A DNA stretch of 64,000 nucleotides from Candidatus Levyibacteriota bacterium (GCA_963716145.1 OY970292.1:12104-76103), one strand, 5' to 3'; shown: positions 38,522-49,749, counted from the stretch's first letter. Translations and numbers: made by a program. The notes: generated by a model not told the origin, from the letters alone.

Positions 38522-40819
38522 ATGCGGATGTCTAAGCCCAAATTACTTTTCTTAGGACTTGTTGGTATAGTTTCTTTGATTTTAATCTGGCTGTACATAA
38601 ATAATTATCTCTACAAAACAAAAGCAGCCAATGTTCCTACAAATAACTCAGCCAATAGACAGATTTGGTGGATTGCTGCTTCGCGCTCAGCCAGTGAGCT
38701 GACTTGTGCAACCATGACAGATGCCGAACTGGATAAGTTCAAAAGCTGGGGGATTGGAGGCTTTGTTTGTCAAAACGCTTACCTCGGTCGCGGTATGGGC
38801 GGCGGTGAGTGGACAGGGCAGGCGAACGCTGATGCTTTAAATAATCCGACCAACTCCAATTATTCCCGTTACGATGTACAGCGTAAATTGCGCGATTCCA
38901 ATATCGTGGCCCGTGCCCATGCCCGGGGCATGAAAATGTATCTAGGGTTTTGGGCAGCCAACTATTACAATGGCAAGACATTTTACAGGGAATGGTTTGA
39001 TGATAATGGTTGGAATGGTGTGGTTATTCCCAATATCCGTGATATTTCCGGTGCCGCTAAATTAATGAGTTTTGACGGCTTAAATATTGACCAGGAAAAT
39101 TACGGTAACCCGAGCGGCACTCCAAGCTGGACCCATCCAGGTACAAGCCCAGGCGGTACAACTGATGCTCAGGTACGAGCTAAGGTTAAGCAGCGTGGAC
39201 AGGAAGTGATGAAAGCTATGCTTCAGAGCTATACCGGCGAGTCGCTGGAGGTGATGTTTTATTACAACTTATTTCCAGGTGGGTGGGAAGCTTTGGTGCA
39301 GTGCGAAGTTAATGGATACTGCGGATTGGATGATAGCTTGGGAGCCTACTTTATCGATTTTTGGGATGGTATGAGTAGTGTAAATGGGTATAAGGCTCTT
39401 AGGTTTCAGGATGCTATTTTTTACAAAGGAACACAGCGTAGCGCAAGTTTGGATACTGCGCTTCAATATAATGCCAACAAAATTTACGCTTATATCTCCC
39501 GCCGTTTTAGTAATTGGGATTATGCAGCGAGCCGTTTCGCCGTTTCGCCTTTCATCTGGATTGATGATGATTGTGCACTCGAGGGTGGATTTGCTGCTAA
39601 CCGTTCTACGGGAGTTGTGGCTGAGCAATTAGTAACTTATCGAAAGTGGGGGGTGGATGGTCAGTTCTCTAATTTTGTCTACAGTGGCAATCTGAAAACT
39701 AAAAATTACGCTGATTACTATTCAGCAGATTGTCCTCCCAAGGTGCCTGGATACGATTCCCAGCGGCCATACAATTATTTGCCTGCTATCAAAAATACTG
39801 CAGTATCGGGGGTTGTTGATTCAGAATTCCCCACACTTAATCTAACTGCTCCAACAACAGGTTCAACTTTCTCAACACCAGGCGGCACTGTTAATATTTC
39901 GGGAAATGCTCATGATAATCTTGCAATCCGATTTGTGAAGTGGAAAAATGACCGTGGTGGAGAAGGGACCGCGCAAATGAGGTGGAAGGTTTTGTCAGGT
40001 GACTATCATACTAGTTACAATTGGCAGATGGACTGGGTAGCAAGCAATGTTTCTCTTCAACAAGGAACAAACGTAATAACGATTACAACAGAGGATATCA
40101 AAGGCTTAGTAACAGCAAAAACATTGATAGTAACAGCAGGAAGCTCTAGTCCTATTACATCAACTCCAGCTCCTCATATCCCAACTCCTACTCAAATCAG
40201 GACGACCATAACTCCCACTCTAGCCCCAACACAAACACCAACAAGAGCTCCTACTAATTCTCCTACAATTCCTCCGGCCAACACAGCATTATCCTTAAAC
40301 CTTTTCCTGCATGGAATAGGCAGAGGTGGGGATAGTGCCAATTTCGGAAGTGTTGGGAATGTTAATCCATTGAGAATGCAGCGAACTGTACAGGTCGAAA
40401 TATTTAACAGTCAAAATCAGCTGAGTCTATCCAAAATAGGACAAGTCAACTTTGATACCGCCTCAGGTTCTTTTAAAGGAACAGTTGATTTGGGCACAAC
40501 TCTTTCAACAGGAGTTTACACTGTAAAGGTAAAATCAGATCAGTTCCTGAAAGTGCTTATTCCGGGAATACAGACCATTACTCGTGGGCAAACAAATCAA
40601 TTACCTCAAGTCACATTGATAGCAGGAGATATTAATGGAGATAATAAGACAGATATCCTTGATTACAGCATATTGATGGGTTGTTACTCAGATATTCTTC
40701 CAGCCGCGTCTTGCACTCAGCTAAATAAATCCCTTGCGGATTTGACAGATGATGGGAATGTAAATCAGTTTGACTATAATCTCTTCCTGAGAGAGTTGAT
40801 CAATAGAGGGGGAGAATAG
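38522..40819 (+). CDS. Surface protein: TM anchor, putative TIM-barrel glycoside hydrolase, Ig-like domain, PT linker, dockerin-like C-terminus
   Basis: ARAHARGMKMYLG, FDGLNIDQE (GH18-like), PTPT linker, GDINGDNKTDILDY and ADLTDDGNVNQFDY. Confidence 0.7.
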   Translation: MRMSKPKLLFLGLVGIVSLILIWLYINNYLYKTKAANVPTNNSANRQIWWIAASRSASELTCATMTDAELDKFKSWGIGGFVCQNAYLGRGMGGGEWTGQANADALNNPTNSNYSRYDVQRKLRDSNIVARAHARGMKMYLGFWAANYYNGKTFYREWFDDNGWNGVVIPNIRDISGAAKLMSFDGLNIDQENYGNPSGTPSWTHPGTSPGGTTDAQVRAKVKQRGQEVMKAMLQSYTGESLEVMFYYNLFPGGWEALVQCEVNGYCGLDDSLGAYFIDFWDGMSSVNGYKALRFQDAIFYKGTQRSASLDTALQYNANKIYAYISRRFSNWDYAASRFAVSPFIWIDDDCALEGGFAANRSTGVVAEQLVTYRKWGVDGQFSNFVYSGNLKTKNYADYYSADCPPKVPGYDSQRPYNYLPAIKNTAVSGVVDSEFPTLNLTAPTTGSTFSTPGGTVNISGNAHDNLAIRFVKWKNDRGGEGTAQMRWKVLSGDYHTSYNWQMDWVASNVSLQQGTNVITITTEDIKGLVTAKTLIVTAGSSSPITSTPAPHIPTPTQIRTTITPTLAPTQTPTRAPTNSPTIPPANTALSLNLFLHGIGRGGDSANFGSVGNVNPLRMQRTVQVEIFNSQNQLSLSKIGQVNFDTASGSFKGTVDLGTTLSTGVYTVKVKSDQFLKVLIPGIQTITRGQTNQLPQVTLIAGDINGDNKTDILDYSILMGCYSDILPAASCTQLNKSLADLTDDGNVNQFDYNLFLRELINRGGE

Positions 40820-40913
40820 TAATGATGGTAGATAATATTGGGTTTCGGACAAATCAGGACGTGGGTTGACAGATTGCATGGAGAAGTGGTTTAATGAAGG
40901 AGAATTTTAGATA

Positions 40914-40947
40914 TTGACAATTAGCAGATAGTGTGATAGATTGCTAA
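40914..40947 (+). promoter_or_regulatory. lon promoter overlapped by a CIRCE-like inverted repeat
   Basis: TTGACA(40914)-N17-TAGATT with TG extension; TTAGCA-N15-TGCTAA at 40921-40947. Confidence 0.6.
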
Positions 40948-40985
40948 TAGTTCGATAAACTCACTACAAGTTTACACAAAATAAT

Positions 40986-43356
40986 ATGGAAAAAATAGTT
41001 CCCATAATACCAATCAGAGACGGCATAATATTCCCCAGTACAGATTCAGTCCTTACATTTGGGCGTCCCAAGAGTTTGGCAGCGCTGGAATCCGCCTTTC
41101 AAAAAGAAAGAATAGTCTGCTTTGTGCTCCAAAAAAATGCAAGATTAAATGATCCAACTCCAGAGGATCTGCATACAGTGGGCACACTTTCCCGGATTGA
41201 GAGAATGATAAAGACAGATGGAGAAATTAACGCTCAGGTCAAAGGATTGGCGCGGGTTGAGATACTTTCCTATGAAAGACATGATTCATATTTCATGGCC
41301 AAGGTGCGTGAGATTCCGGAAATTTTTGAAGAAACAGAAGAAATAAAAGCACTTTGTAACCACTTAACCAATGAATTCAGAAAAGCTATGAATTTCGGCA
41401 AATCGGCTGACTTTTTGCTTTTTATGAATATCATGTCTGAGAATACTCCTTCAGAGTTGGCGGATCTTGTGGCTTCGGCACTTACCATTAAACCTCAGGA
41501 GAAGCAGGAGCTGCTTGAGATAATCGACGTCAAGATAAGGCTTGTGAAAATTACCGAGCTTCTTGCAAAAGAAATTAAAATTTTGGAACTGGAACGCAGA
41601 ATAGCCTCAAAAACTCAGGAAAGATTCGAAAAAGGCGCGCGAGAGGCAATGCTTCGGGAAAGACTCAGAACAATTGAAGAAGAACTTGGCGAAAAAGAAG
41701 AAAATTCAGAAACCCGAACAGCTTTTGAACAAAATTAAAGAAGCCAAAATGCCTGAGGATGTTGAGGAAAAAGCAAAGAAAGAGCTTGGAAAGCTTCAGA
41801 ACATGAATCAGTTCAATCCTGAAGCCGGCTATATCCGCAACTATCTGGATTTGATGGTTGCTCTTCCTTGGAATGTTGAGAGCAACGATGTTGCCAATAT
41901 TAAATCCGCTGAAAAAATTCTTGATGAAGATCATTATGGATTGCAAAAAGCCAAAGAAAGAATTGTTGAGTATCTGGCAGTGCACAAATTGTCAGGGAAA
42001 ATGAAAGGGCCTATTCTTTGTTTTGCAGGCCCTCCCGGAGTTGGTAAGACTTCAATCGGGAAATCAATTGCCCATGCGCTTGGACGTAAATTTGTCCGTG
42101 TTTCATTGGGAGGAATTAGAGATGAGGCAGAAATCAGAGGGCACAGAAGAACTTATGTCGGAGCATTGCCCGGAAGAATTCTGCAAGGAATAAAGGATGC
42201 AGGAACCAAAAATCCAGTATTCATGCTGGATGAGATTGATAAAGTCGGATCGGATTTCAGAGGCGACCCATCCTCAGCACTTCTGGAAGCACTTGATCCC
42301 GAACAAAACGGTCAATTCTCCGATCATTATCTTGAGGTACCCTTTGATCTTTCAAATGTGATGTTTATCACAACTGCAAATGTATTGGACACAATTCCAC
42401 CGGCCCTCAGGGACCGCTTGGAGATTATAAATTTTGCAGGATACACTCATGATGAGAAATTCAAGATAGCTCATGATTTTCTTCTCAAAAAACAGCTTGA
42501 AAATCACGGATTGAGTGCTGGTAAAGTTGAAATTACGGATGACGCTCTTAAATTTATAATTCACCATTATACCCGTGAAGCAGGGGTAAGAAATCTGGAG
42601 CGGACAATTGCGACAGTTTACCGAAAAGTTGCCAAAAAGGTCGCGGAAGGCGAAAAAGCAAAGATTACCGTAAAGTCGACCGATATTCAAAAATATCTTG
42701 GCCCGATTAAATTTACGAGCACGATGATTGAGAAGAAAGACGAAGTCGGTATGTCAACAGGTCTTGCCTGGACTGAGGCAGGAGGGGACATTTTGTTCAT
42801 TGAAGTAGCTTTAATGCCTGGAAAAGGAGTCTTGACTCTGACCGGACAGCTGGGAGATGTGATGAAAGAATCCGCTCAAGCAGCACTTTCATATATCCGC
42901 TCAAAGGCACATCTTATGGGCATTTCCGATAAAACTTTTCAAAAAACAGATATTCACGTTCATGTTCCTGAGGGTGCTGTTCCCAAAGACGGACCATCAG
43001 CAGGAGCTGCCATAACTACGGCAATTGTCTCAGCGCTTACCAAAACTCCTGTTCACCGCAAGGTCGGGATGACGGGGGAAGTTACACTTAGAGGCCGTGT
43101 TTTGGAAATTGGCGGTTTGAAGGAAAAAGTAATTGCAGCTCACCGTGCAGGACTTAAAACAATAATTGTTCCAAAGGAAAATAAGAAAGACCTTGAAGAT
43201 GTGCCAAAAGAGGTATTAAATGATTTGAGCTTTAAATTTGTTACAAATATTGATGAAGTGCTTGAAATTGCTCTTACCAAACCTTTGCCCAAACCAAGAT
43301 CCGCGGATGGAGCTATTTCCGAGCAGCCGGTTCTTCACGCACCAATGGCCTCATAA
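40986..43356 (+). CDS. lon: Lon protease (apparent frameshift at ~41716)
   Basis: LON N-domain, [23 protein letters not shown]; one extra C in gaaacccgaa splits the ORF. Confidence 0.95.
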
Positions 43357-43397
43357 ATCTTTTAATTTTCAATGCTATATTGTGGTAAAATAATTTG

Positions 43398-43667
43398 ATG
43401 ATGAAGGCGTTTATTTTTGATGTTGACGGTGTTCTGATTGATACAGAGCAAATGTGGGATGAGATAAAAGAAGAAATGTACACAAAGCTTTTCGGGAAAG
43501 AGATTTACCTCAAATTGGGACCAACCATCGGTTTGAGCATAGACATTATAGCTGAAAAAGCGGTTCAACTCGGAAGCACTACGACAAAAGAAGAATTGCA
43601 AACTGGTGATGATGTATACGCCCAGAATTTGGAAGAAGTCGCAAAGATTGTAATGGAAAGAGCATGA
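43398..43667 (+). pseudogene. Internally deleted HAD hydrolase
   Basis: Motif I FDVDGVLIDTE and start of cap domain, then a C-terminal-like helix; motifs II-IV missing; about 89 aa. Confidence 0.55.
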
Positions 43668-44674
43668 AAAAATTACTTTTTATACCTTTATTATTTTTAC
43701 TTCTCTCGGTTGCATTTATTTTTCATAAGACTGCAAATAAAAAGAGCTTGGTAATACCAGTTCCAGTTGAAAAAAACCAGAGTACTTCAAGGACAGTTGA
43801 GAAACCAATAACTCTGATCTCAACAGGAGATATTGGGCTGGTACGGGATATAAATTATCGTATTCAGCAAAAACGAGACGTAAATTATCCGTTCCTCAAA
43901 ATTGTAGACTATTTGAAAAATGCTGATCTGACAGTAACAAATCTGGAAGGACCGCTTATTAAGGATTGCCCCATTATAATAACCGGCTTTAAGTTTTGCG
44001 GAGACGATGCAAACGCAAAAGGTTTAACGTATGCAGGAATTGACGCGGCCAATCTTGCCAATAACCACACAACCAATTACGGACTGGAAGGTCTTGCGGA
44101 AACAGTAAGTATTCTGGAGGCAGAGGGAATCAAGCCTTATGGAATAAAGGATCAGTTGCAATATATAGATGTTAAAGGCAAAAGAATTGCTTTAGCTGGA
44201 TTTGTAGAACTGGAGAATAATTGGGAGGGATTAAATAACGCGACACCGGAGAATATTTCAAAAATAGTCTCCCTAGCCGCTAAAAATTCAGATATAGTTA
44301 TCGCGTCTTTTCATTGGGGCGTTGAATATACCCATGCTCCAACTGAGAACCAAATTTCACTCGCTCATAAAGCTATTGATAGCGGAGCCGATATTGTTCT
44401 CGGTAATCATCCTCATTGGATCCAGAGCAGCGAAAACTACAAAGGTAAATTCATTACTTACGCTCAGGGAAATACGATTTTTGATCAGGATTGGTCACAG
44501 GAAACAAAAGATGGAGTAATCTATAAATTTGTATATAAAAATGGAAGTTTTGAAAAGATTGAGGAAAAGTACACGATTATAGAAGATAATTCCCAACCAA
44601 GATTTGCAACCCCTGGAGAAGAAACTAAAATTAAAGCTTGTTTGAGTAAGGACTGCGAATTGAAAAGTTTATGA
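43664..44674 (+). CDS. CapA/PGA_cap family metallophosphoesterase
   Basis: TGDI, NLEGP, LANNH, FHWGVEY, GNHPH, GNTIFDQ. Confidence 0.9.
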   Translation: MKKLLFIPLLFLLLSVAFIFHKTANKKSLVIPVPVEKNQSTSRTVEKPITLISTGDIGLVRDINYRIQQKRDVNYPFLKIVDYLKNADLTVTNLEGPLIKDCPIIITGFKFCGDDANAKGLTYAGIDAANLANNHTTNYGLEGLAETVSILEAEGIKPYGIKDQLQYIDVKGKRIALAGFVELENNWEGLNNATPENISKIVSLAAKNSDIVIASFHWGVEYTHAPTENQISLAHKAIDSGADIVLGNHPHWIQSSENYKGKFITYAQGNTIFDQDWSQETKDGVIYKFVYKNGSFEKIEEKYTIIEDNSQPRFATPGEETKIKACLSKDCELKSL

Positions 44675-45060
44675 GATGGACATTGGGAGAAATACGAAAA
44701 GCCTTGGGTGATAAATTAATTGGAAAAGTTTTTATGCGGGAGCAGGTGTGTAAAGCCATATCGTATTTGCCTGATGATTTAATTGAAAAAATCTGTGCGT
44801 CTGTTTGGTTTATATCTTCCCCTGATGACGCTTGGGCGTTTACTTTTAAGGGTGCCGATATCAAAAATAGGCATTTGATTTTTCTCTCGGAGGATCTTTT
44901 TACAGAGGAGGAAAGTCAGATAATCTATACAATTCTTCATGAAATAGGACACGCCGCCTTGGATCACAGTAATTCAGTAGGATTTGTGCAGACGGAGTCA
45001 GAAATTAAGCAGCAAGAAGCAGAAGCGGACAGGTTTGCGCACAAATATTTGGATGGTTAA
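44671..45060 (+). CDS. Small HEXXH zincin-like protein
   Basis: ILHEIGH ... EAEADRFA. Confidence 0.7.
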   Translation: MRWTLGEIRKALGDKLIGKVFMREQVCKAISYLPDDLIEKICASVWFISSPDDAWAFTFKGADIKNRHLIFLSEDLFTEEESQIIYTILHEIGHAALDHSNSVGFVQTESEIKQQEAEADRFAHKYLDG

Positions 45061-45128
45061 TAAGGCTATCCAGCCTCAATTTAATACTCTTGACCGGAGG
45101 ACTAAAAAGTGATATGTTTAGATTTATA

Positions 45129-45212
45129 ATGAGTTTAAAGAAAATCTTTAAGTCATTTTTGGTTCTTCTACTACTCTTCTTTATATTCCCTACGCCAGCT
45201 CATGCTCATTGA
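45129..45212 (+). pseudogene. Signal-peptide-only ORF (27 aa)
   Basis: MSLKKIFKSFLVLLLLFFIFPTPAHAH*. Confidence 0.5.
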
Positions 45213-45232
45213 AACATCTGATATAATTTGGC

Positions 45233-45282
45233 TATGACCCTTCGATTGCACTCAGGGTCATACTGAGTTTATCGAAGTATGA
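45233..45282. repeat. 45-bp double-hairpin insertion duplicating the start codon
   Basis: tatgaccct-tcgattgcactc-agggTCATAct-gagtttatcga-agtatga. Confidence 0.75.
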
Positions 45283-45635
45283 AGAAAGCAAAAGACGTTG
45301 ATGAGTATATTTTAAGTGCACCTAAAGAAATGCGGGCAAAGCTTAATGAATTGCGCGCTGCTATAAAGTCTGCTGCTCCAAAGGCTGAGGAAAAACTTAG
45401 CTATGGTATGCCATACTACAGTTATAAAGGGCGATTGGTTTATTTCGGATTCGCAAAAAAACATATCGGTCTTTATCCGATGCCTCCGATAACTCAAGAG
45501 TATGCAAAAGAACTTAAGAAGTACCAAACAGGCAAGGCGACAATCCGCTTGCCAATGGACGAAAAACTGCCACTAGGTCTTATAAAAAAAATGGTTAAAG
45601 CTAGGGTTAGATATAATGAAGAGGCGAAGAAATGA
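45279..45635 (+). CDS. DUF1801 (YdhG-like) protein
   Basis: VDEYI, EEKLSYGMPYY, KHIGLYP, KATIRLP..LP. Confidence 0.9.
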   Translation: MKKAKDVDEYILSAPKEMRAKLNELRAAIKSAAPKAEEKLSYGMPYYSYKGRLVYFGFAKKHIGLYPMPPITQEYAKELKKYQTGKATIRLPMDEKLPLGLIKKMVKARVRYNEEAKK

Positions 45636-45841
45636 ATAATCAACACATTTTATATCATAAAGATGGCAGTATTTGGGCCAAGGGTGCCATGATTGATGGA
45701 AAATGTGATGGTTATTGGGAGTGGTTCAGAAAAGACGGCAGCAAAATGCGCTCAGGTTATTTTAAAATGGGTAAACAAATTGGTGAGTGGATAACATATG
45801 ATAAAAAAGGTAAAGTTTATAAAAAGACTCAAATGAAATAA
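45632..45841 (+). CDS. Small MORN-variant/YwqK-like repeat protein
   Basis: GYWEWFRKDG..GEWITYDKKG. Confidence 0.75.
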   Translation: MNNQHILYHKDGSIWAKGAMIDGKCDGYWEWFRKDGSKMRSGYFKMGKQIGEWITYDKKGKVYKKTQMK

Positions 45842-45864
45842 ATTGAGGTTTGGAAATTTGATAA

Positions 45865-45939
45865 GTCGGAGGAGGAATTAAAACAACAATAGTTACTGAT
45901 CCATTCAGTAATCTCCTCGGCATCATCCACGAACCCCAC
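45865..45939 (+). pseudogene. C-terminal fragment resembling a VOC/glyoxalase protein
   Basis: Manual translation VGGGIKTTIVTDPFSNLLGIIHEPH with an in-frame stop immediately upstream. Confidence 0.5.
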
Positions 45940-46007
45940 AAAAAGCACAAAAGCTCCCAAGTAGCTAATAATATTGTGATATAGACAGCATTTGCTATAA
46001 TCCGCTA

Positions 46008-46832
46008 ATGGTAGAAAGATTGAGAACTAGGCGGACAGAGGGCGATCGCGGAGAGAGCCCGTTGCCCAGTATTGAGATAGCCCCTTATGGAATCATCGGC
46101 GAAGATGTTATAAAAATGTTCGGAGAAAAAAGACCAAAAGTAAACGTTATGTCTCATCACTCTTTAGGAATGGGTCCGACCATAGAGCTTTCACAAAAGC
46201 TGGTTGATAATGGATTTACCGTAGTTCCGCATTTGGCAGCTCGGCATATAAAAGATCAAGAGCAACTCGAAAGGATTGCTGGACAATTAGAAGCGGCTGG
46301 TATTGATGAAATATTTATTGTAAAAGGAGAGGGTGCATCACAAGGAGATTATAGTACCGCAATAAAATTAATGCAGGGTCTGGCCAAAACGCACTTCAGG
46401 CCTAAGGTTATAGGAATTGCAGGTTATCCGGAAAAAGTCGGGGAAATAGAAAGGGAACAATTATTAAGATCTATTAAGGAAAGAAAGGTTTTAGCAGAAG
46501 ACATGGGAGCAGGACTCACGATTGCTACGCAAATGTGCTTTTATGCCGATAAGATTCTGCGATATGCAGAACTTCTAAGAGAGAATGAGATTGATGTTCC
46601 CGTAACTGTTGGCTTGGCAGTTCATGGGAGTAGAAGAAAACTCCACGGAATGGTGGAAGGATTTGGGGTTGGGGATTCTAGGGCTGTTCTTTTGTCGGAA
46701 GGCCCAGACAGTCCGTATTCACCCCGCCCACTAATGGATGAAATTTTGGCGGTAGATGAGCATGGGCGTATTTCAGGATTTCATATTTATACATTTAACC
46801 AACTCGATAGATTACAAGATCTTTTATCCTAA
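46008..46832 (+). CDS. Methylenetetrahydrofolate reductase-like protein
   Basis: VVPHLAARHI, IGIAGYPE, TQMCF, GFHIYTFNQL. Confidence 0.8.
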   Translation: MVERLRTRRTEGDRGESPLPSIEIAPYGIIGEDVIKMFGEKRPKVNVMSHHSLGMGPTIELSQKLVDNGFTVVPHLAARHIKDQEQLERIAGQLEAAGIDEIFIVKGEGASQGDYSTAIKLMQGLAKTHFRPKVIGIAGYPEKVGEIEREQLLRSIKERKVLAEDMGAGLTIATQMCFYADKILRYAELLRENEIDVPVTVGLAVHGSRRKLHGMVEGFGVGDSRAVLLSEGPDSPYSPRPLMDEILAVDEHGRISGFHIYTFNQLDRLQDLLS

Positions 46833-46911
46833 GAATCCACTGATTTAAATGTCTCAGGAATGGAAGAATTAATTCAGTCCCGGAAGTTGGCCGAGTGGTA
46901 CAATAAGAAAA

Positions 46912-47885
46912 ATGCAAAGACTTGAGGAACGCGGTCCAAACAGAATAGAGAGGCTTAATGCTGGCATTCGCGGAGCAAGAAGCCTAGCTCATGATGTTAG
47001 GATAAATCGTCGACTAAACCGAGATCCAAAGTATCATTTGGGCAATAAGCGGACAGAGACAGCTATGAATAGACATGCTGAGGAGTGGCACCCTCTGAAA
47101 TTTTCTGAGGATCTATATCATTCATTTCAAGACAGGCCCTTGACCCGGACGCGCTTAAGGCTTTTATTGTAATCGGAATTGTCGAAGCAAATAGCCGTAT
47201 TCAGGGAGGAAATGCAATTGCGGGTGGGATAGATACTCATCCTTATTTGCGTTATTTCTTAGCGACATGGAAAGGAGAGGAAGCAGAACATGGCTATATA
47301 TTTAAGCGTATAGCCGCAGAATCAATGGGCCACACTACAAAAGCAAATGAGTTAATTGATCCGTCATTCTTTAGCCAATATCAACCAGAACCAACATTTG
47401 CTCAACGCAATAGCCAGGAGCTTGTCGCCCTGAGTTCGGAAGTTACAAATTCTTTCCCGGCAATATATGCAACATTTGGCGCTGTTCAGGAACAAAGCGT
47501 AATCAGGGCTTATGAATTACTTAAAAGAAGGATTAATGATGAGCGCGTAGATCTTGTATTGGATGAAATTATTTCACAAGAAAAGAGACACTTCCGTACT
47601 TATTTTGAGTGGGCGAAATATTATCTTAAAACTGATCCTCTTGCTCAACGAGTAGTGCGAAAAGGGCTTGAAAAAATATGGAAACCGGTTGGGTTTGATG
47701 CAATGGGCGGAGAAAATTGGGAAGAATTGTATGATTATCTATGTCCTACGCAAGAGGATCGAGATTATTTTACGGATGTAGATAGGGTTGTCCAGTTATT
47801 GCCCGGAATGGAAGGACTAACAATCATGGGCGATGCAGTTGCAAAAATAGATGAACGTAAAAAGAAACAATTGGTCGCCGCCTGA
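46912..47885 (+). CDS. Ferritin-like di-iron protein, acyl-ACP desaturase-like (apparent frameshift ~47140)
   Basis: Joined frame gives VE..WKGEEAEH..QE..EKRH di-iron ligand pattern. Confidence 0.65.
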
Positions 47886-47899
47886 AGATGAAACAGCTT

Positions 47900-47926
47900 T
47901 GGTGACCCATACGGGTCTGGAACCGT
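47900..47926 (-). pseudogene. tRNA 3'-end remnant (Glu-like)
   Basis: Minus strand ACGGTTCCAGACCCGTATGGGTCACCA: degenerate T-arm, acceptor strand and CCA. Confidence 0.55.
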
Positions 47927-48022
47927 TTAGACCTTATAACTCACGAACTTAGTCATTATAACTTCTGATGGAAAGAACTGCTTCTTCAAGATAGGTTTTC
48001 TTAAACCACAGCTACCCCTGCT

Positions 48023-49698
48023 TTATTTTGAATGCTTTGCCAGATGCGCTAAGTGTCTCTGCTTTTCCTCTTCGAATTTACTGAAATCGGTTTCATGTTT
48101 CTTAATCAACGTCGCAGCATACTCCGCACCTAGGTAATGGGGCATTACAACATATGAAGCCCCTGCATCATACAACTGCTTGGTCTCTTTTACAAAATGC
48201 GAAAGCACAATTACGACTGCTTTTTTATTAACCTGCCTAATTGTATTTACCAAAATCATACTGGTTTTAAATCCTTGAATTGTAGAAACACATATCTCGA
48301 TTTGGGAAAGATTGATATCCTGAAGGAACTCTATGTCCTGCGCATCACCATATTTATATGGAATCTCCAGTTTTTTCAGTCTTTGTATAGAATCAGGGTT
48401 AAAATCAACAACTAAAAAACTTTTTTCCAATTTTTGGAAAGCTTTAAGAAAATTCTCACCGACTCTACCATAACCAAATAATATAGCATTGTATTTATCC
48501 TCTTTTCCCAAAAGTTGTCTGGGATTATCGAGTTCCAGTAATTTCAATAATTTCTCAACCCTTTTATAAATATTATCCGCGTAATTTAAAAAGTATGTTG
48601 AACCAGCAATAGTAATTAAGCCAACTATGGTAATTATCGATAAAACTTCTTTAGAAATATGTCCAACACTATATCCAAGAGATGCGAGAATAAGTGAAAA
48701 TTCGCTAATCTGAGCAATCGCAAGTCCGGTCATAAATCCCGTTCTTCGTCTGTGTCCGAGAATACTCATAAGGATAATTACAATTACCGGATTACCGATC
48801 AATACAAAGACTGATAGGATTAACGATGGAATAATAATCCGTGAAATATTATCCATAGCCACTTGCGATCCCAAAAGAATGAAAAACAAAACTATGAAAA
48901 AGTCCCGTAGAGGCTTTAAGCGGGAGCCAATTTCGTAAGAAAATGGAGTGAGCGAAAGAGTAACTCCTGCAACTAGCGCACCTATTTCCATAGAGAGACC
49001 AAGTGAATAAAATATAGATGCTAGTCCGAGGCCCAAGTGAGCGAGAAGAGCATAAGTACTTCCTGAGATGAGGCTATAAATCGGGTCGCACGAGGGATGA
49101 TATAAATTCCAACAATAAATAGAATAAGGAGGATCACAACTGCCTTTATAAGAAGTAGTCCAATTACCGTTAGCATATCAGCTGAAGGTGACTTTGAAAA
49201 AGACGAAACCAAGAGCAGAATGATGGTTGCGACCACATCTTGTACGATCAAGAACCCTATTGCTATTTTCCCATATAGCTTATTTAGATCTCCCCTGTCT
49301 GAGAGCAACTTCAAGACAATTATGGTGCTACTAAAAGTGAGAGCAATCGCGACATACATCGCGGCAATCCGGTCTATGCCTAAAAATATCGCGATTGAAA
49401 AACCAATAATAGTCGTGAAGATAATCTGACCCAGCCCGCCGAAAAGCGAAACCTTGCCGACTTCCTTAACAACTCTTGGACTGAGATTCAAACCTACTAT
49501 AAATAGTAGGATTGTAATTCCAATTTTTGAAAAGAGCTCAATCTGCTCGCTCGAGTGAAGAATATTAAAAAAGCCAGGGCCTGCTACAATTCCAGCTAAA
49601 ATATAACCGACAACTAGTGGTTGTTTCAACGTACGCATTACAACCGCTGAAGCTGTTGCGATAAATAGCAAGAAGGATATCTCTAAAAATATTTCCAT
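48023..49698 (-). CDS. Kef-type K+/H+ antiporter (CPA2) with TrkA-N domain (apparent frameshift ~49033)
   Basis: FSSTIIVLKLL, IVQD, QISEFS, FGYGRVG; one missing G in TGG-GGC. Confidence 0.9.
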
Positions 49699-49749
49699 AT
49701 ATTTAGTGTACAACACTTCTGAATTATTTATAAAGACCTCTACTAGAAT

